Part shown: positions 21,241-30,452 of the stretch, piece after piece | How positions within the stretch are numbered: the first letter of the stretch is position 1 | Layout: every line of letters begins with the position of its first letter | Assembly: GCA_963840725.1 (NCBI GenBank) | Contig: CAWIZY010000007.1 | Coordinates: 78,474 to 142,473, forward strand | Source of the DNA: an uncultured Gammaproteobacteria bacterium | Lineage (GTDB): Bacteria > Pseudomonadota > Gammaproteobacteria > Pseudomonadales > Halieaceae | Length of the DNA: 64,000 bases | Direction: 5' to 3' | The notes under the pieces: generated by a model | The model's input: only the letters and a program-made list of their open reading frames with translations | Database searches by the model: none | What the model was told of the DNA's origin: nothing | Position numbers and translations under genes: made by a program

Positions 21241-22545
21241 ATGCAATTCACGTTAATGCCCGGCGGGACCATAACCGGCGAAGCGCGGGTGCCGGGCGAC
21301 AAGTCTATCTCTCACCGCGCGATTATGCTGGGAGCGCTCGCCGAGGGCGTGACTGAGATCAGCGGGTTTCTCGAGGGAGATGATGCTCTGGCCACGGTGG
21401 CCGCTTTTCGTGCCATGGGTGTAAAAATAGAGGGGCCTCGCGACGGCGAAGTCACGGTTTACGGCGTTGGCTTGCGAGGGCTCAAGCCGGCGCCAGAAGC
21501 CCTGGATCTGGGCAATTCCGGCACCAGTATCCGGCTCTTGAGTGGCCTCTTGGCCGGCCAGAACTTTGCCAGCGAATTGACGGGTGATGCCTCTCTTCGG
21601 GGCAGACCGATGGGTAGAGTTATGACACCGCTGAGTCAGATGGGGGCGCGCATTGCCGCCACAGCAGCGGGCACTCCGCCGTTGCATATCGAACCGGCGG
21701 CGCAATTGCAGGGTATTCATTACGACCTGCCGATAGCCAGTGCGCAGGTGAAATCTTGCCTTCTGCTGGCGGGATTGTATGCATCGGGGCAAACTTCGGT
21801 GACTGAACCAGCCCCGACTCGGGACCATACCGAGCGCATGTTGCTCGGTTTCGGTTATCCTGTATCCACCCGGGACGGAATCATCGCTTTGCACGGTGGC
21901 GGCAGTTTGCAGGCGACCGATATCGATGTGCCCGGAGACATTTCTTCGGCCGCTTTTTTCCTCGTGGCGGCGAGTATTGCACCGGGTTCTGACCTCATTC
22001 TCACCCATGTTGGGGTGAATCCCACTCGCACCGGAGCGATCGACGTACTGCGACTTATGGGTGCTGATATCAGCTTGGGCAATGAACGGGAAGTGGGTGG
22101 CGAACCGGTCGCCGACCTTCGGGTCCGTTTTGCACCCCTGCAGGGTATTGAGATACCGTTGGATCTCGTGCCCCTGGCCATTGACGAGTTTCCCGCGTTG
22201 TTTGTGGCTGCTGCCTGCGCCGAAGGGCGCACCGTGCTGCGCGGCGCTGCCGAGCTGCGGGTAAAGGAGAGTGATCGTATCGCCGCAATGGCTGAAGGGC
22301 TCACCACCCTCGGAGTAGCCTGTGAAGTACTCGAAGATGGCATTGTTATTCATGGAGGCGCGATGGGCGGCGGGGTCATCAATACCCACCATGACCATCG
22401 TATAGCCATGTCCTTTGCCATTGCGGCACTGCGTGCCGAGCGAGAGATTCACATTCTTGATTGTGATCATGTATCGACCTCTTTCCCCGGGTTTGACGCT
22501 CTTGCCAGAGGGTTGGGTCTGCAGATTTCGGTGCAAACAGCCTGA
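21241..22545 (+). CDS. aroA: 3-phosphoshikimate 1-carboxyvinyltransferase (EPSP synthase)
   Basis: 434 aa. 'PGDKSISHRA', 'LGNSGTSIRLL' and 'DHRIAMSFA'. Confidence 0.95.
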   Translation: MQFTLMPGGTITGEARVPGDKSISHRAIMLGALAEGVTEISGFLEGDDALATVAAFRAMGVKIEGPRDGEVTVYGVGLRGLKPAPEALDLGNSGTSIRLLSGLLAGQNFASELTGDASLRGRPMGRVMTPLSQMGARIAATAAGTPPLHIEPAAQLQGIHYDLPIASAQVKSCLLLAGLYASGQTSVTEPAPTRDHTERMLLGFGYPVSTRDGIIALHGGGSLQATDIDVPGDISSAAFFLVAASIAPGSDLILTHVGVNPTRTGAIDVLRLMGADISLGNEREVGGEPVADLRVRFAPLQGIEIPLDLVPLAIDEFPALFVAAACAEGRTVLRGAAELRVKESDRIAAMAEGLTTLGVACEVLEDGIVIHGGAMGGGVINTHHDHRIAMSFAIAALRAEREIHILDCDHVSTSFPGFDALARGLGLQISVQTA

Positions 22546-23225
22546 TGGAAGACGCCCCCGTGATTACGGTTGACGGGCCCTCAGGGGCAGGCAAGGGCAC
22601 GATTTCGCACCGGCTTTCGGCAACCCTGGATTGGCATTTTCTCGACAGTGGCGCGCTGTATCGGGTTACCGGACAGGCCTGCCTTCTGGAGGGGGTGTCC
22701 TGGACCGACGCGCCAGCAGTCACAGCTATCGCTCGCCACCTCGAGGTCGATTTCAGAACCGCCGCGAGTGGCGAGGTGCATGTCAGCTATAAAGGACAGG
22801 ACGTGAGCCGTGAAATCCGTACGGAGGAGGGCGGTCGAGGCGCGTCCACTGTTGCCGCCATCCCCAGTGTGCGAGAAGCGCTGCTGGCGCGGCAGAAAGA
22901 GTTCAGGCGCCCCCCCGGACTGGTGGCGGACGGCAGAGATATGGGCACAGTGGTTTTCCCCAATGCGGCGCTGAAACTGTTCCTCACGGCGAGCGCTGGT
23001 GAAAGAGCCCGGCGGCGCTACCTTCAGTTGCTTGCAAAGGGAGAAAGTGTTAGTCTCCCGCGCCTTCTCGCGGACATCGAAGAACGGGATGAGCGTGATA
23101 GCAACCGAGCTGTCGCCCCGCTGGTTCCCGCGAGAGACGCTATCATCATAAACAGCACCACCGCATCGATTGATGAGGTGTTTCAGCAGGTGATGCAGGA
23201 AGTGCGCAAACAGGGTTTTGCTTAG
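22545..23225 (+). CDS. cmk: Cytidylate kinase
   Basis: 'ITVDGPSGAGKGT' P-loop. The start overlaps the aroA stop (ATGA). Confidence 0.95.
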   Translation: MEDAPVITVDGPSGAGKGTISHRLSATLDWHFLDSGALYRVTGQACLLEGVSWTDAPAVTAIARHLEVDFRTAASGEVHVSYKGQDVSREIRTEEGGRGASTVAAIPSVREALLARQKEFRRPPGLVADGRDMGTVVFPNAALKLFLTASAGERARRRYLQLLAKGESVSLPRLLADIEERDERDSNRAVAPLVPARDAIIINSTTASIDEVFQQVMQEVRKQGFA

Positions 23226-23395
23226 CACACCTGGATACTGCCGTACGATGAGAGCGAGTATAGAGTCTGTTTTCCCGCATCTGAATCCAGCACCGTGTGG
23301 GTAACAGTTAACCAGGGATGACCCGGGCCTGCTGGAGGCGCGGCAGTCGGTGACCACAGGTTGCCGCCGTGATCATGATTAACAGGTAATGTGTA

Positions 23396-25072
23396 ATGAG
23401 CGAATCATTCGCCGAACTTTTTGAAGAAAGCTTGAAGACCGTCGATATGGAGCCCGGCTCAATTGTCACCGGGGTCGTTATCGACATTGACAACGAATGG
23501 GTAACCGTGCACGCGGGACTCAAGTCTGAGGGTGTGATTCCTCGCGCCCAGTTCCTGGATGCAGCGGGTGATTGTGACCTGAGCATCGGCGATGAAGTAC
23601 AGGTAGCGCTGGAGACAGTTGAAGACGGTTTTGGCGAGACCAAGCTGTCGCGGGAAAAAGCCAAGCGCGCCGAGGCCTGGAAAGATCTTGAAGCGGCCTA
23701 CGAGGCCGATGAAGTGGTCACCGGTGTCATTAACGGCAAGGTCAAGGGTGGTTTCACCGTCGACATCAATACGATCCGCGCCTTTCTGCCCGGATCGCTG
23801 GTCGATGTGCGCCCGGTGCGCGAAACAGTGCACCTGGAAGGCAAGGAACTCGAATTCAAGGTTATCAAGCTCGATCAGAAGCGCAACAACGTGGTGGTTT
23901 CGCGTCGCGCAGTGATGGAGGCAGCGAATAGTGTCGAGCGGGACGCTCTGCTGGAGACGCTACAGGAGGGCATGTCAGTGCCCGGTATTGTGAAGAACCT
24001 CACCGATTATGGCGCCTTTGTTGATCTTGGCGGCATCGATGGTTTGCTGCACATTACTGATATGGCCTGGAAGCGGATCAAGCATCCGTCCGAGATCGTT
24101 GAAGTAGGGCAGGAGATAGAAGTCAAGATCCTCAAATTTGACCGGGAGCGCAATCGCGTTTCACTGGGTCTCAAGCAGTTGGGCGAGGATCCCTGGGTTG
24201 AGATCAAGAACCGCTATCCCGAGAACAGCCGGGTCAAGGCGCGTATTACTAATCTCACCGACTACGGATGCTTTGCAGAACTGGAAGAAGGTGTAGAAGG
24301 GCTGGTTCACGTATCTGAAATGGACTGGACCAACAAGAATGTTCACCCCTCCAAAATCGTGCAGTTGGGCGACGAGGTAGAAGTGATGGTGTTGGATATC
24401 GACGAGGAGCGTCGCCGCATCTCGCTGGGTATCAAGCAGTGCCAGCAAAACCCGTGGGATGCATTCGCTTCGCAGTACGCAAAGGGCGACAAGATCTCCG
24501 GCAATATCAAATCGATAACGGATTTTGGTATTTTCATCGGCCTCGAGGGCAACATAGACGGGCTGGTTCATTTGTCCGATATCAGCTGGAACGAGACGGG
24601 CGAAGAAGCCGTGCGCAGCTACAAAAAGGGTGATGAAATTCAAACTGTTATTCTCTCCATCGATCCGGAGCGTGAGCGTATCTCTCTCGGCATCAAGCAA
24701 CTGGAAGATGATCCCTTTGGCAATTATGTCGCCGAAAATGACCGTGGAACCATAGTCACGGGTGAGGTGATCGAAGTTGACGCCAAGTCTGTTCTGGTCA
24801 AACTGGCTGACGAAGTTGAGGGTGTCCTCAAGGCCTCCGACATCAGCCGCGACCGGGTGGAAGACGCGCGTAATTCTTTCAAGGTCGGCGATTCAGTCGA
24901 GGCCAAGATCATTTCAGTAGATCGCAAGAACCGGGGTCTGGCTTTGTCGATCAAAGCCAAGGACTATGAAGACGAGCAGGAAGCTGTTAAGTCGCTGAAA
25001 GATCAGGAGACCGAAACAGCGTCGCCGGGTACGATTGGCGATTTGATCAAGGCGCAGATGAGCGAGAAGTAA
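23396..25072 (+). CDS. rpsA: 30S ribosomal protein S1
   Basis: 558 aa with six S1 repeats (recurring 'G.V...[19 protein letters not shown]'). Confidence 0.97.
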   Translation: MSESFAELFEESLKTVDMEPGSIVTGVVIDIDNEWVTVHAGLKSEGVIPRAQFLDAAGDCDLSIGDEVQVALETVEDGFGETKLSREKAKRAEAWKDLEAAYEADEVVTGVINGKVKGGFTVDINTIRAFLPGSLVDVRPVRETVHLEGKELEFKVIKLDQKRNNVVVSRRAVMEAANSVERDALLETLQEGMSVPGIVKNLTDYGAFVDLGGIDGLLHITDMAWKRIKHPSEIVEVGQEIEVKILKFDRERNRVSLGLKQLGEDPWVEIKNRYPENSRVKARITNLTDYGCFAELEEGVEGLVHVSEMDWTNKNVHPSKIVQLGDEVEVMVLDIDEERRRISLGIKQCQQNPWDAFASQYAKGDKISGNIKSITDFGIFIGLEGNIDGLVHLSDISWNETGEEAVRSYKKGDEIQTVILSIDPERERISLGIKQLEDDPFGNYVAENDRGTIVTGEVIEVDAKSVLVKLADEVEGVLKASDISRDRVEDARNSFKVGDSVEAKIISVDRKNRGLALSIKAKDYEDEQEAVKSLKDQETETASPGTIGDLIKAQMSEK

Positions 25073-25111
25073 GTAACCGTCTCGTAGACGTGCTACAAGC
25101 CAGACTCGCAA

Positions 25112-25139
25112 GGGCTCACTTAAGTGGGCCCTTTTTTTT
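25112..25139 (+). terminator. Rho-independent terminator after rpsA
   Basis: Stem GGGCTCAC / GTGGGCCC (one mismatch), loop TTAA, followed by T8. Confidence 0.7.
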
Positions 25140-25233
25140 CTTTTAAAAATAGGGACTTGCGCAAAGTTCTGAAGCCGTCCAGAATAAGCCGTCACGAAAA
25201 CAAAGGTTTTCATGAACCTTCGCAGGAGGCGTC

Positions 25234-25530
25234 ATGACCAAGAGCGAATTAATTGAAGCGATTGCGGCGCGTCAAACCCAGCTGTCCTCCAAGGATGTGG
25301 AGTTGGCGGTGAAAACGATTCTGGAACACATGTCCCAGGCCCTCTCAACAGGGGAGCGGATCGAAATCAGGGGTTTTGGCAGCTTCTCTCTGCACTACCG
25401 GGAACCCCGGCGCGGGCGCAATCCCAAGACCGGCGATACTGTTGAACTGACCGGGAAATACGTCCCCCATTTCAAACCGGGCAAAGAATTGCGCGAGCGG
25501 GTCAACCTGGGCTTACAGATGGGTCTTTGA
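25234..25530 (+). CDS. ihfB: Integration host factor subunit beta
   Basis: 98 aa. 'MTKSELIE' and '[22 protein letters not shown]'. Confidence 0.95.
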   Translation: MTKSELIEAIAARQTQLSSKDVELAVKTILEHMSQALSTGERIEIRGFGSFSLHYREPRRGRNPKTGDTVELTGKYVPHFKPGKELRERVNLGLQMGL

Positions 25531-25558
25531 TGCCGGGTGAAGGTGTTGGAGCACAGGC

Positions 25559-25858
25559 ATGAAATTTCTGAGTACGATCTTGTCCATCCTGGTGATAGCC
25601 GCCACCACCGGTGCGGGTGTTTTGTTCGCCTTGCAAAATAAGACCCCGGTACCACTGGACATGCTGGTCTATACGTTCGAGCCGAGGAGCATGGCCCTGT
25701 GGATTTTGGGTGCTTTTGCTATCGGCGGTTTTTCAGGTCTCCTGATATCCTCTGGCATGGTGTTGCGAAAACGCACCGCTCTTGCAGTGAGCGACCGCCA
25801 GTTGAAACGCACTCGCGAGGAGTTGGAGCAACTGCGCAGCGGACCTGAGCGACGGTGA
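25559..25858 (+). CDS. lapA: Lipopolysaccharide assembly protein A (DUF1049)
   Basis: 99 aa with two TM helices. It sits immediately upstream of, and overlaps, lapB. Confidence 0.75.
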   Translation: MKFLSTILSILVIAATTGAGVLFALQNKTPVPLDMLVYTFEPRSMALWILGAFAIGGFSGLLISSGMVLRKRTALAVSDRQLKRTREELEQLRSGPERR

Positions 25859-27045
25859 ATGACCTGCTCATTTTTGGGCTGTTATTTGTCGGCATTGCTA
25901 CCGGTTGGTTGCTCGGCCGGCGCGGTGCACTGGAGGCGGTAATCGAGACGCAGCCGCCCAGCCAGTATTATCAGGGCCTGAATTACTTGCTCGACGGTCG
26001 TCATGATGGGGCCATGGACAGCTTTATTAATGATCTTGAGATCAACAGCGAGACACTGGACACCCATATAGCGCTGGGCAACCTGTTGCGAAAGCGGGGT
26101 GACGTGGATCGCGCCATCCGCATACATCAGAATCTCCTTGCCGGCAGCGAACTGCCGAACTCGCAGCTCCATCAGGCACATCTTGAGTTGGCTCGCGATT
26201 ACATCAGCGCTGGCCTGCTGGATCGTGCGGAACAACTACTGATTGATCTGACCGGAGAGTCTCCGGCGCAGCACCGGGTCAGCCTGAGACACCTGCTGGA
26301 TATCTATCACAGTGAACGCGACTGGCCCCGGGCCATCGAAGTGGCAGGTGAGCTCGCTCGCCTTGAGTCGGCAAACGATGCTGATAAGTCCAGGCAGCCA
26401 GCGACATTGGTATTGGCGCATTATCATTGTGAGCTGGCCCTGGAAAAACAGGCGGCTGGTGATACGGATGCAGCCAGGCATTTGTTGCGTCGCACTCTGG
26501 CCGCCGATCCGGGTTGCGCGCGGGCCTCGTTGATGCTCGGAGATCTGGAGATCGAAGCGGGTCGCTATGCCGCTGCAGAGAAGATCCTGCGCAATGTAAA
26601 GCGACAAGATCCGGGTTACGTCCCCGAGACTATCGGCCCTTTGCGTCGTTGCTACGGGGAACTGGGGCACGAAGGCAGGCTAAAGCCCTGGCTGCAGGAA
26701 TGTATGGCGGAGCACCCGTCGGCGCCATTGGTGCTGGCCATTGCCGAGGACATGCAGCGCAACGATGGTGCGGCGTCGGCCGGAGATTTTCTCGCGGCGC
26801 AATTGGCGCAGCACCCCTCTATACGGGGCATCGCCCAGCTGATCAGCCTGCAAGTGGGCGGCACCGACGGAAAAGCCAAGGCTGATCTGGAGCTCTTGCA
26901 GGCGCTGGTGGAGCGGCTGATTGCCGAGCGACCCGCATACCGTTGCAGCCACTGCGGATTTTCCGGCCAGCGACTGCACTGGTGTTGCCCTGGATGTCAG
27001 TACTGGGGTACGGTCAAGGGTATTTGCGGCGCCCCTATAGATTAG
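25855..27045 (+). CDS. lapB: Lipopolysaccharide assembly protein B (YciM)
   Basis: N-terminal TM helix, TPR repeats and a C-terminal rubredoxin-like '[24 protein letters not shown]'. Confidence 0.9.
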   Translation: MNDLLIFGLLFVGIATGWLLGRRGALEAVIETQPPSQYYQGLNYLLDGRHDGAMDSFINDLEINSETLDTHIALGNLLRKRGDVDRAIRIHQNLLAGSELPNSQLHQAHLELARDYISAGLLDRAEQLLIDLTGESPAQHRVSLRHLLDIYHSERDWPRAIEVAGELARLESANDADKSRQPATLVLAHYHCELALEKQAAGDTDAARHLLRRTLAADPGCARASLMLGDLEIEAGRYAAAEKILRNVKRQDPGYVPETIGPLRRCYGELGHEGRLKPWLQECMAEHPSAPLVLAIAEDMQRNDGAASAGDFLAAQLAQHPSIRGIAQLISLQVGGTDGKAKADLELLQALVERLIAERPAYRCSHCGFSGQRLHWCCPGCQYWGTVKGICGAPID

Positions 27046-27073
27046 TTTTCCGGTGTCAGGAGTTGCAACCCCC

Positions 27074-27775
27074 ATGGATTCACAGATCATCGTCGCTCTG
27101 GACTACCCCGCTGCAGACCCTGCGCTGCAGTTGGCACAGAGGCTGGATCCTGGCGCCTGCCGTCTCAAAGTAGGGAAGGAGCTGTTTACCCGCTGCGGCC
27201 CTGAGTTGGTAGAGAAGCTGCAGCAGGCAGGCTATGAGATTTTTCTGGACCTGAAGTATCACGACATCCCCAATACAGTCGCCGGTGCGGTGCGAGCAGC
27301 CGCAGATCTAGGCGTCTGGATGGTCAATGTACATGCGGGCGGTGGCCGCCGTATGATGGAGGCGGCGGCGGAGGCCCTATCGGGCGTGACGCGCGCGCCC
27401 ATTCTGCTTGCGGTTACGGTGCTTACCAGTTTGACTGATGCCGATTTGAAAGAGCTGGGCTATACGGAGAGCGCTGAAGAGCGGGTGCAGCTTTTAGCCA
27501 GTTTGGCGGCGGCGAGTGGGCTCGACGGAGTGGTGTGTTCTGCGGCTGAGGCGAAGGCTTTACGCGCGTCGCAGGGGCCTCAGTTTTGCCTGGTAACACC
27601 GGGCATAAGACTCGGCGGCGATGCGGCTGGTGATCAGCGTCGTGTAGTAACTCCGGCGCAGGCGTTGGCCAATGGAGCCGACTATCTTGTTGTGGGGCGG
27701 TCCATCACCGCGGCGAAAGATCCGCTGGCTGCACTGGCCAGAGTGCAGCAGGATATCGCCAATCATCTAGCCTAA
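27074..27775 (+). CDS. pyrF: Orotidine 5'-phosphate decarboxylase
   Basis: 'IVALDY', 'LKVGKELF' and '[10 protein letters not shown]'. Start placed at ATG 27074; a GTG at 27053 is also possible. Confidence 0.93.
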   Translation: MDSQIIVALDYPAADPALQLAQRLDPGACRLKVGKELFTRCGPELVEKLQQAGYEIFLDLKYHDIPNTVAGAVRAAADLGVWMVNVHAGGGRRMMEAAAEALSGVTRAPILLAVTVLTSLTDADLKELGYTESAEERVQLLASLAAASGLDGVVCSAAEAKALRASQGPQFCLVTPGIRLGGDAAGDQRRVVTPAQALANGADYLVVGRSITAAKDPLAALARVQQDIANHLA

Positions 27776-27905
27776 ACGGGCCCAGGCCCCGGCCGATAAT
27801 AGATCAGATCCGTTCCGATTGCAGTTGTCTGCGTTGTTCGTTGCTAGACTTGTTTGCGATGCGGATGCTTGCAAGGACGCAGCGTCTTAATATGGAGATT
27901 TGATC

Positions 27906-28280
27906 ATGAAGAAACCCTACCCTATTGCAGTTACAGTTGGATCGGCCAGGGCCGAACGCCAAGTACTCTCCCGTCAGTCTGTCGCTATCAGGGTCGCGAT
28001 CCTGATCCTGATGATGGGACTTGGTGCCAGCCTTGTCAGTTTGCCGGCCGGTGCCGAAGATGCGGCCCCCTCGTCGGTGGCTACAAGCATCAACATCAAC
28101 ACCGCCAGCGCCGAGGATCTGGCAGCGGGTCTCAATGGTATTGGCCTCACGCGGGCGCAGGATATTGTCCGTCATCGGGAAGCCTTTGGCCCGTTTGCCA
28201 CCCTGGAAGAACTGACCGAGATCAAAGGTATCGGCCAGGCAACAATCGATAAGAATCGCACAGTGATTACATTGGAATAA
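27906..28280 (+). CDS. comEA: ComEA-family helix-hairpin-helix DNA-binding protein
   Basis: ATG at 27906 lies 7 nt after a GGAGA Shine-Dalgarno. It has a hydrophobic signal/anchor and 'NINTASAEDL..GIGLTRAQDIV..R..FGPF..LEEL..IKGIGQATI'. Confidence 0.85.
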   Translation: MKKPYPIAVTVGSARAERQVLSRQSVAIRVAILILMMGLGASLVSLPAGAEDAAPSSVATSININTASAEDLAAGLNGIGLTRAQDIVRHREAFGPFATLEELTEIKGIGQATIDKNRTVITLE

Positions 28281-28301
28281 ACCCAGTGCATCCGTATCAT
28301 G

Positions 28302-28323
28302 AAGGGCCTTAGGGCCCTTTTTT
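28302..28323 (+). terminator. Rho-independent terminator after comEA
   Basis: Perfect 7-bp stem AAGGGCC/GGCCCTT, 4-nt loop and a T-run through 28323. Confidence 0.8.
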
Positions 28324-28442
28324 ATGGGTCCGGTTGCCGGGCTCTAGCCACTTCCCTGGTCTTGCTTGAGGGACATTGGGGGTGAGTTTGGGAGGCAATT
28401 TCAGGCCAGCCGGTGGGCACGGCGCGAGAGTAGGCGGCAAGG

Positions 28443-29390
28443 GTGAAGTATCTGATAACCGGAGCAAGTGGGTTTATAGGGCGTGAGCTGATGCGTGCGC
28501 TCTCCGCTCGCGGCGCTTCTTTATTGGCTATAAGTCGGCGAGCCGGGGAGTCGCTACCGGGTGTGCAATGGTTTATCGTCGATCTCAGCCAAGAGTCAGT
28601 CCCGGAGTCCCTGCTGCAAGGCGTGGATGTCGTTTTCCACCTTGCGGGTGTGGCGCATCGGCAGGGTGGCGGCGATGATTATCGCCGTGTCAATTATCAG
28701 GCAACTCTGGACCTTGCTTCCGCTGCGGCCCGCGCAGGCGTGAGCAGCTTTGTATTTGTCAGCAGTGTTAAAGCGATGGGCCCGCCGAACGATTGCTCGC
28801 CGCGTCGCGAGCTGGATTGCTTTCCTCCCACCGATGAATACGGCCATTCCAAGTGGCAAGCCGAGCGGGCGTTACGCAGCGCTTACGCCGAGTCATCTAT
28901 GGGTGTGGTGATCCTGCGGCCCGCGCTGGTATACGGCAGTGGGGCCAAAGGTAACCTTGCGGTTCTTGCGATGGCGGTACGCTATGGTCTGCCGCGGCCT
29001 CCTGAATCAGGCGGGCGTTCGATGATATCGTTGCCGGATCTGGTGAGTTTGCTTTGCATCCTGGCGGACAGCCCGGTGAAGACTTTGCAGACCTGGATTG
29101 TCTGCGACGGGGAAAGCTACAGTTTTCGGCGGATTCACGATTCCTTGCGAGTGACGCAGGGGCTGGGTCCGGCTGCAGACTGGTGGCCGTTGTGGATGTG
29201 GCGATTCGCGGCCGCTGGCCTGGATTTACGTCGCAGAGGTGGGGGCTCCAGAGAGCGTGAGTCGAGCTTCGATACATTGTTTGGCTGTGAACATTACAGC
29301 AACGGGGCGCTGCTTGAGGCGTTATCCTGGCGGCCCCAATGGAAAATTGAGGATCTGGCTGAGCGGCTCGGTCCGGGCTCATTGTCTTGA
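28443..29390 (+). CDS. NAD-dependent sugar-nucleotide epimerase/dehydratase (WbpK/WbpV-like)
   Basis: 'YLITGASGFIGREL' Rossmann motif and 'YGHSK' catalytic YxxxK. Same position as wbpK in the wbpK-wbpL-wbpM arrangement. Confidence 0.75.
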   Translation: MKYLITGASGFIGRELMRALSARGASLLAISRRAGESLPGVQWFIVDLSQESVPESLLQGVDVVFHLAGVAHRQGGGDDYRRVNYQATLDLASAAARAGVSSFVFVSSVKAMGPPNDCSPRRELDCFPPTDEYGHSKWQAERALRSAYAESSMGVVILRPALVYGSGAKGNLAVLAMAVRYGLPRPPESGGRSMISLPDLVSLLCILADSPVKTLQTWIVCDGESYSFRRIHDSLRVTQGLGPAADWWPLWMWRFAAAGLDLRRRGGGSRERESSFDTLFGCEHYSNGALLEALSWRPQWKIEDLAERLGPGSLS

Positions 29391-30382
29391 ACTCTGCGAT
29401 CCTGCTTCTGGTCACCCTGGCCCTGTCTGTGCTTTTTTGTGGCCTTTATAGACGCCTTGCCCTTCGTTGGCAGTTTCTGGATCGTCCCAATGATCGCTCT
29501 TCCCACAGCCAACCGACACCCCACGGCGGCGGTGTACCGATGCTTTTCGCGTTTTGTGCGGGCATTCTCATGGCTTTTTACTCGGGTGTGCCGATTGGCA
29601 CGTCCTACCAGGTGGTGCTGCTCGTTGCCCTGGTATTGATGGTTATAGGGGTTCTGGACGACCTCTGGCATTTGCCCGTGCTGCTGCGTTTTACTCTCTA
29701 TGGTCTCTGTGCGCTGCTCACGGTCAGCATACTGTGGGTCCCCCTGTTCCCGGTGCTCGAGGTACGGCACTACTTCCTGCTTGCGACGGCGGCCATCGCC
29801 CTGCTGTGGCTGATGAACCTGTTTAATTTCATGGACGGCATAGATGGCCTTGCTGGGCTGCAGGGCGTTTTCGCCTGTGCTGCAGCAGCGCTACTCAGTG
29901 GATGGATAAATGGCAGTCAGCCCTTTGCGCTGATCTGTATGCTGCTGGCTATGGCTCTATCGGGATTTTTGTTCTGGAACTGGCCCCCTGCACGTCTGTT
30001 TATGGGGGACGCGGGCAGCGTTCCTATCGGCTTTCTGTTGGGCGCGCTGGCCTTACTCGGCGCAGCGGATGGGCTGCTCCCGCTGGCTTGCTGGCTCATT
30101 CTGCTGGCGCCGTTTATCACAGATGCAACGTATACCCTGATCTGGCGGGCAGCCACCGGGCAGCCCTTCATTCGGCCACATCGGCTACACGCCTACCAGC
30201 GGTTAAGCCGTCTTTGGCGTGGACATCTTTCCGTCGATCTGCTGTTGCTCGCCATAGGATTGTTCTGGCTACTTCCTCTCGCCAGCCTGGTGCTGTTTTA
30301 CCCGAGTTACGAGCTTATATTGGTAATTTTGGCATATTTTCCTCTGCTCTGTGGCATGGTGGTTGCAGCCAAAATCGCGTAG
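29387..30382 (+). CDS. Glycosyltransferase family 4 initiating enzyme (polyprenol-phosphate HexNAc-1-phosphate transferase, WbpL/WecA-like)
   Basis: 'LDRPNDRSSHSQPTPHGGG' and 'NLFNFMDGIDGLAG' (MraY/WecA motifs), polytopic. TTG start overlapping the upstream stop. Confidence 0.85.
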   Translation: MNSAILLLVTLALSVLFCGLYRRLALRWQFLDRPNDRSSHSQPTPHGGGVPMLFAFCAGILMAFYSGVPIGTSYQVVLLVALVLMVIGVLDDLWHLPVLLRFTLYGLCALLTVSILWVPLFPVLEVRHYFLLATAAIALLWLMNLFNFMDGIDGLAGLQGVFACAAAALLSGWINGSQPFALICMLLAMALSGFLFWNWPPARLFMGDAGSVPIGFLLGALALLGAADGLLPLACWLILLAPFITDATYTLIWRAATGQPFIRPHRLHAYQRLSRLWRGHLSVDLLLLAIGLFWLLPLASLVLFYPSYELILVILAYFPLLCGMVVAAKIA

Positions 30383-30452
30383 TATCAACTGCTTATAGGC
30401 ACCGCTGAACAAGTTTCTTAAGAGCGGGAGCGGGCCAGGATCAGGGGATAGA

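Noticed and set aside
21253-22536. 427-aa ORF on the minus strand spanning almost all of aroA
   Set aside because: It is antisense to a clearly recognisable EPSP synthase. The composition is Arg/Gly/His/Gln-rich and low-complexity, with no recognisable motifs. This is a typical shadow ORF of high-GC DNA. The same reasoning applies to 19438-20307 (antisense pheA), 17969-18700 (antisense serC), 6623-7360, 15746-16303 and 60417-61127.
20293-22545. Separate tyrA and aroA, and absence of hisC between pheA and tyrA, as a notable rearrangement
   Set aside because: Both fused and separate arrangements are common among gammaproteobacteria, so this is ordinary lineage variation.
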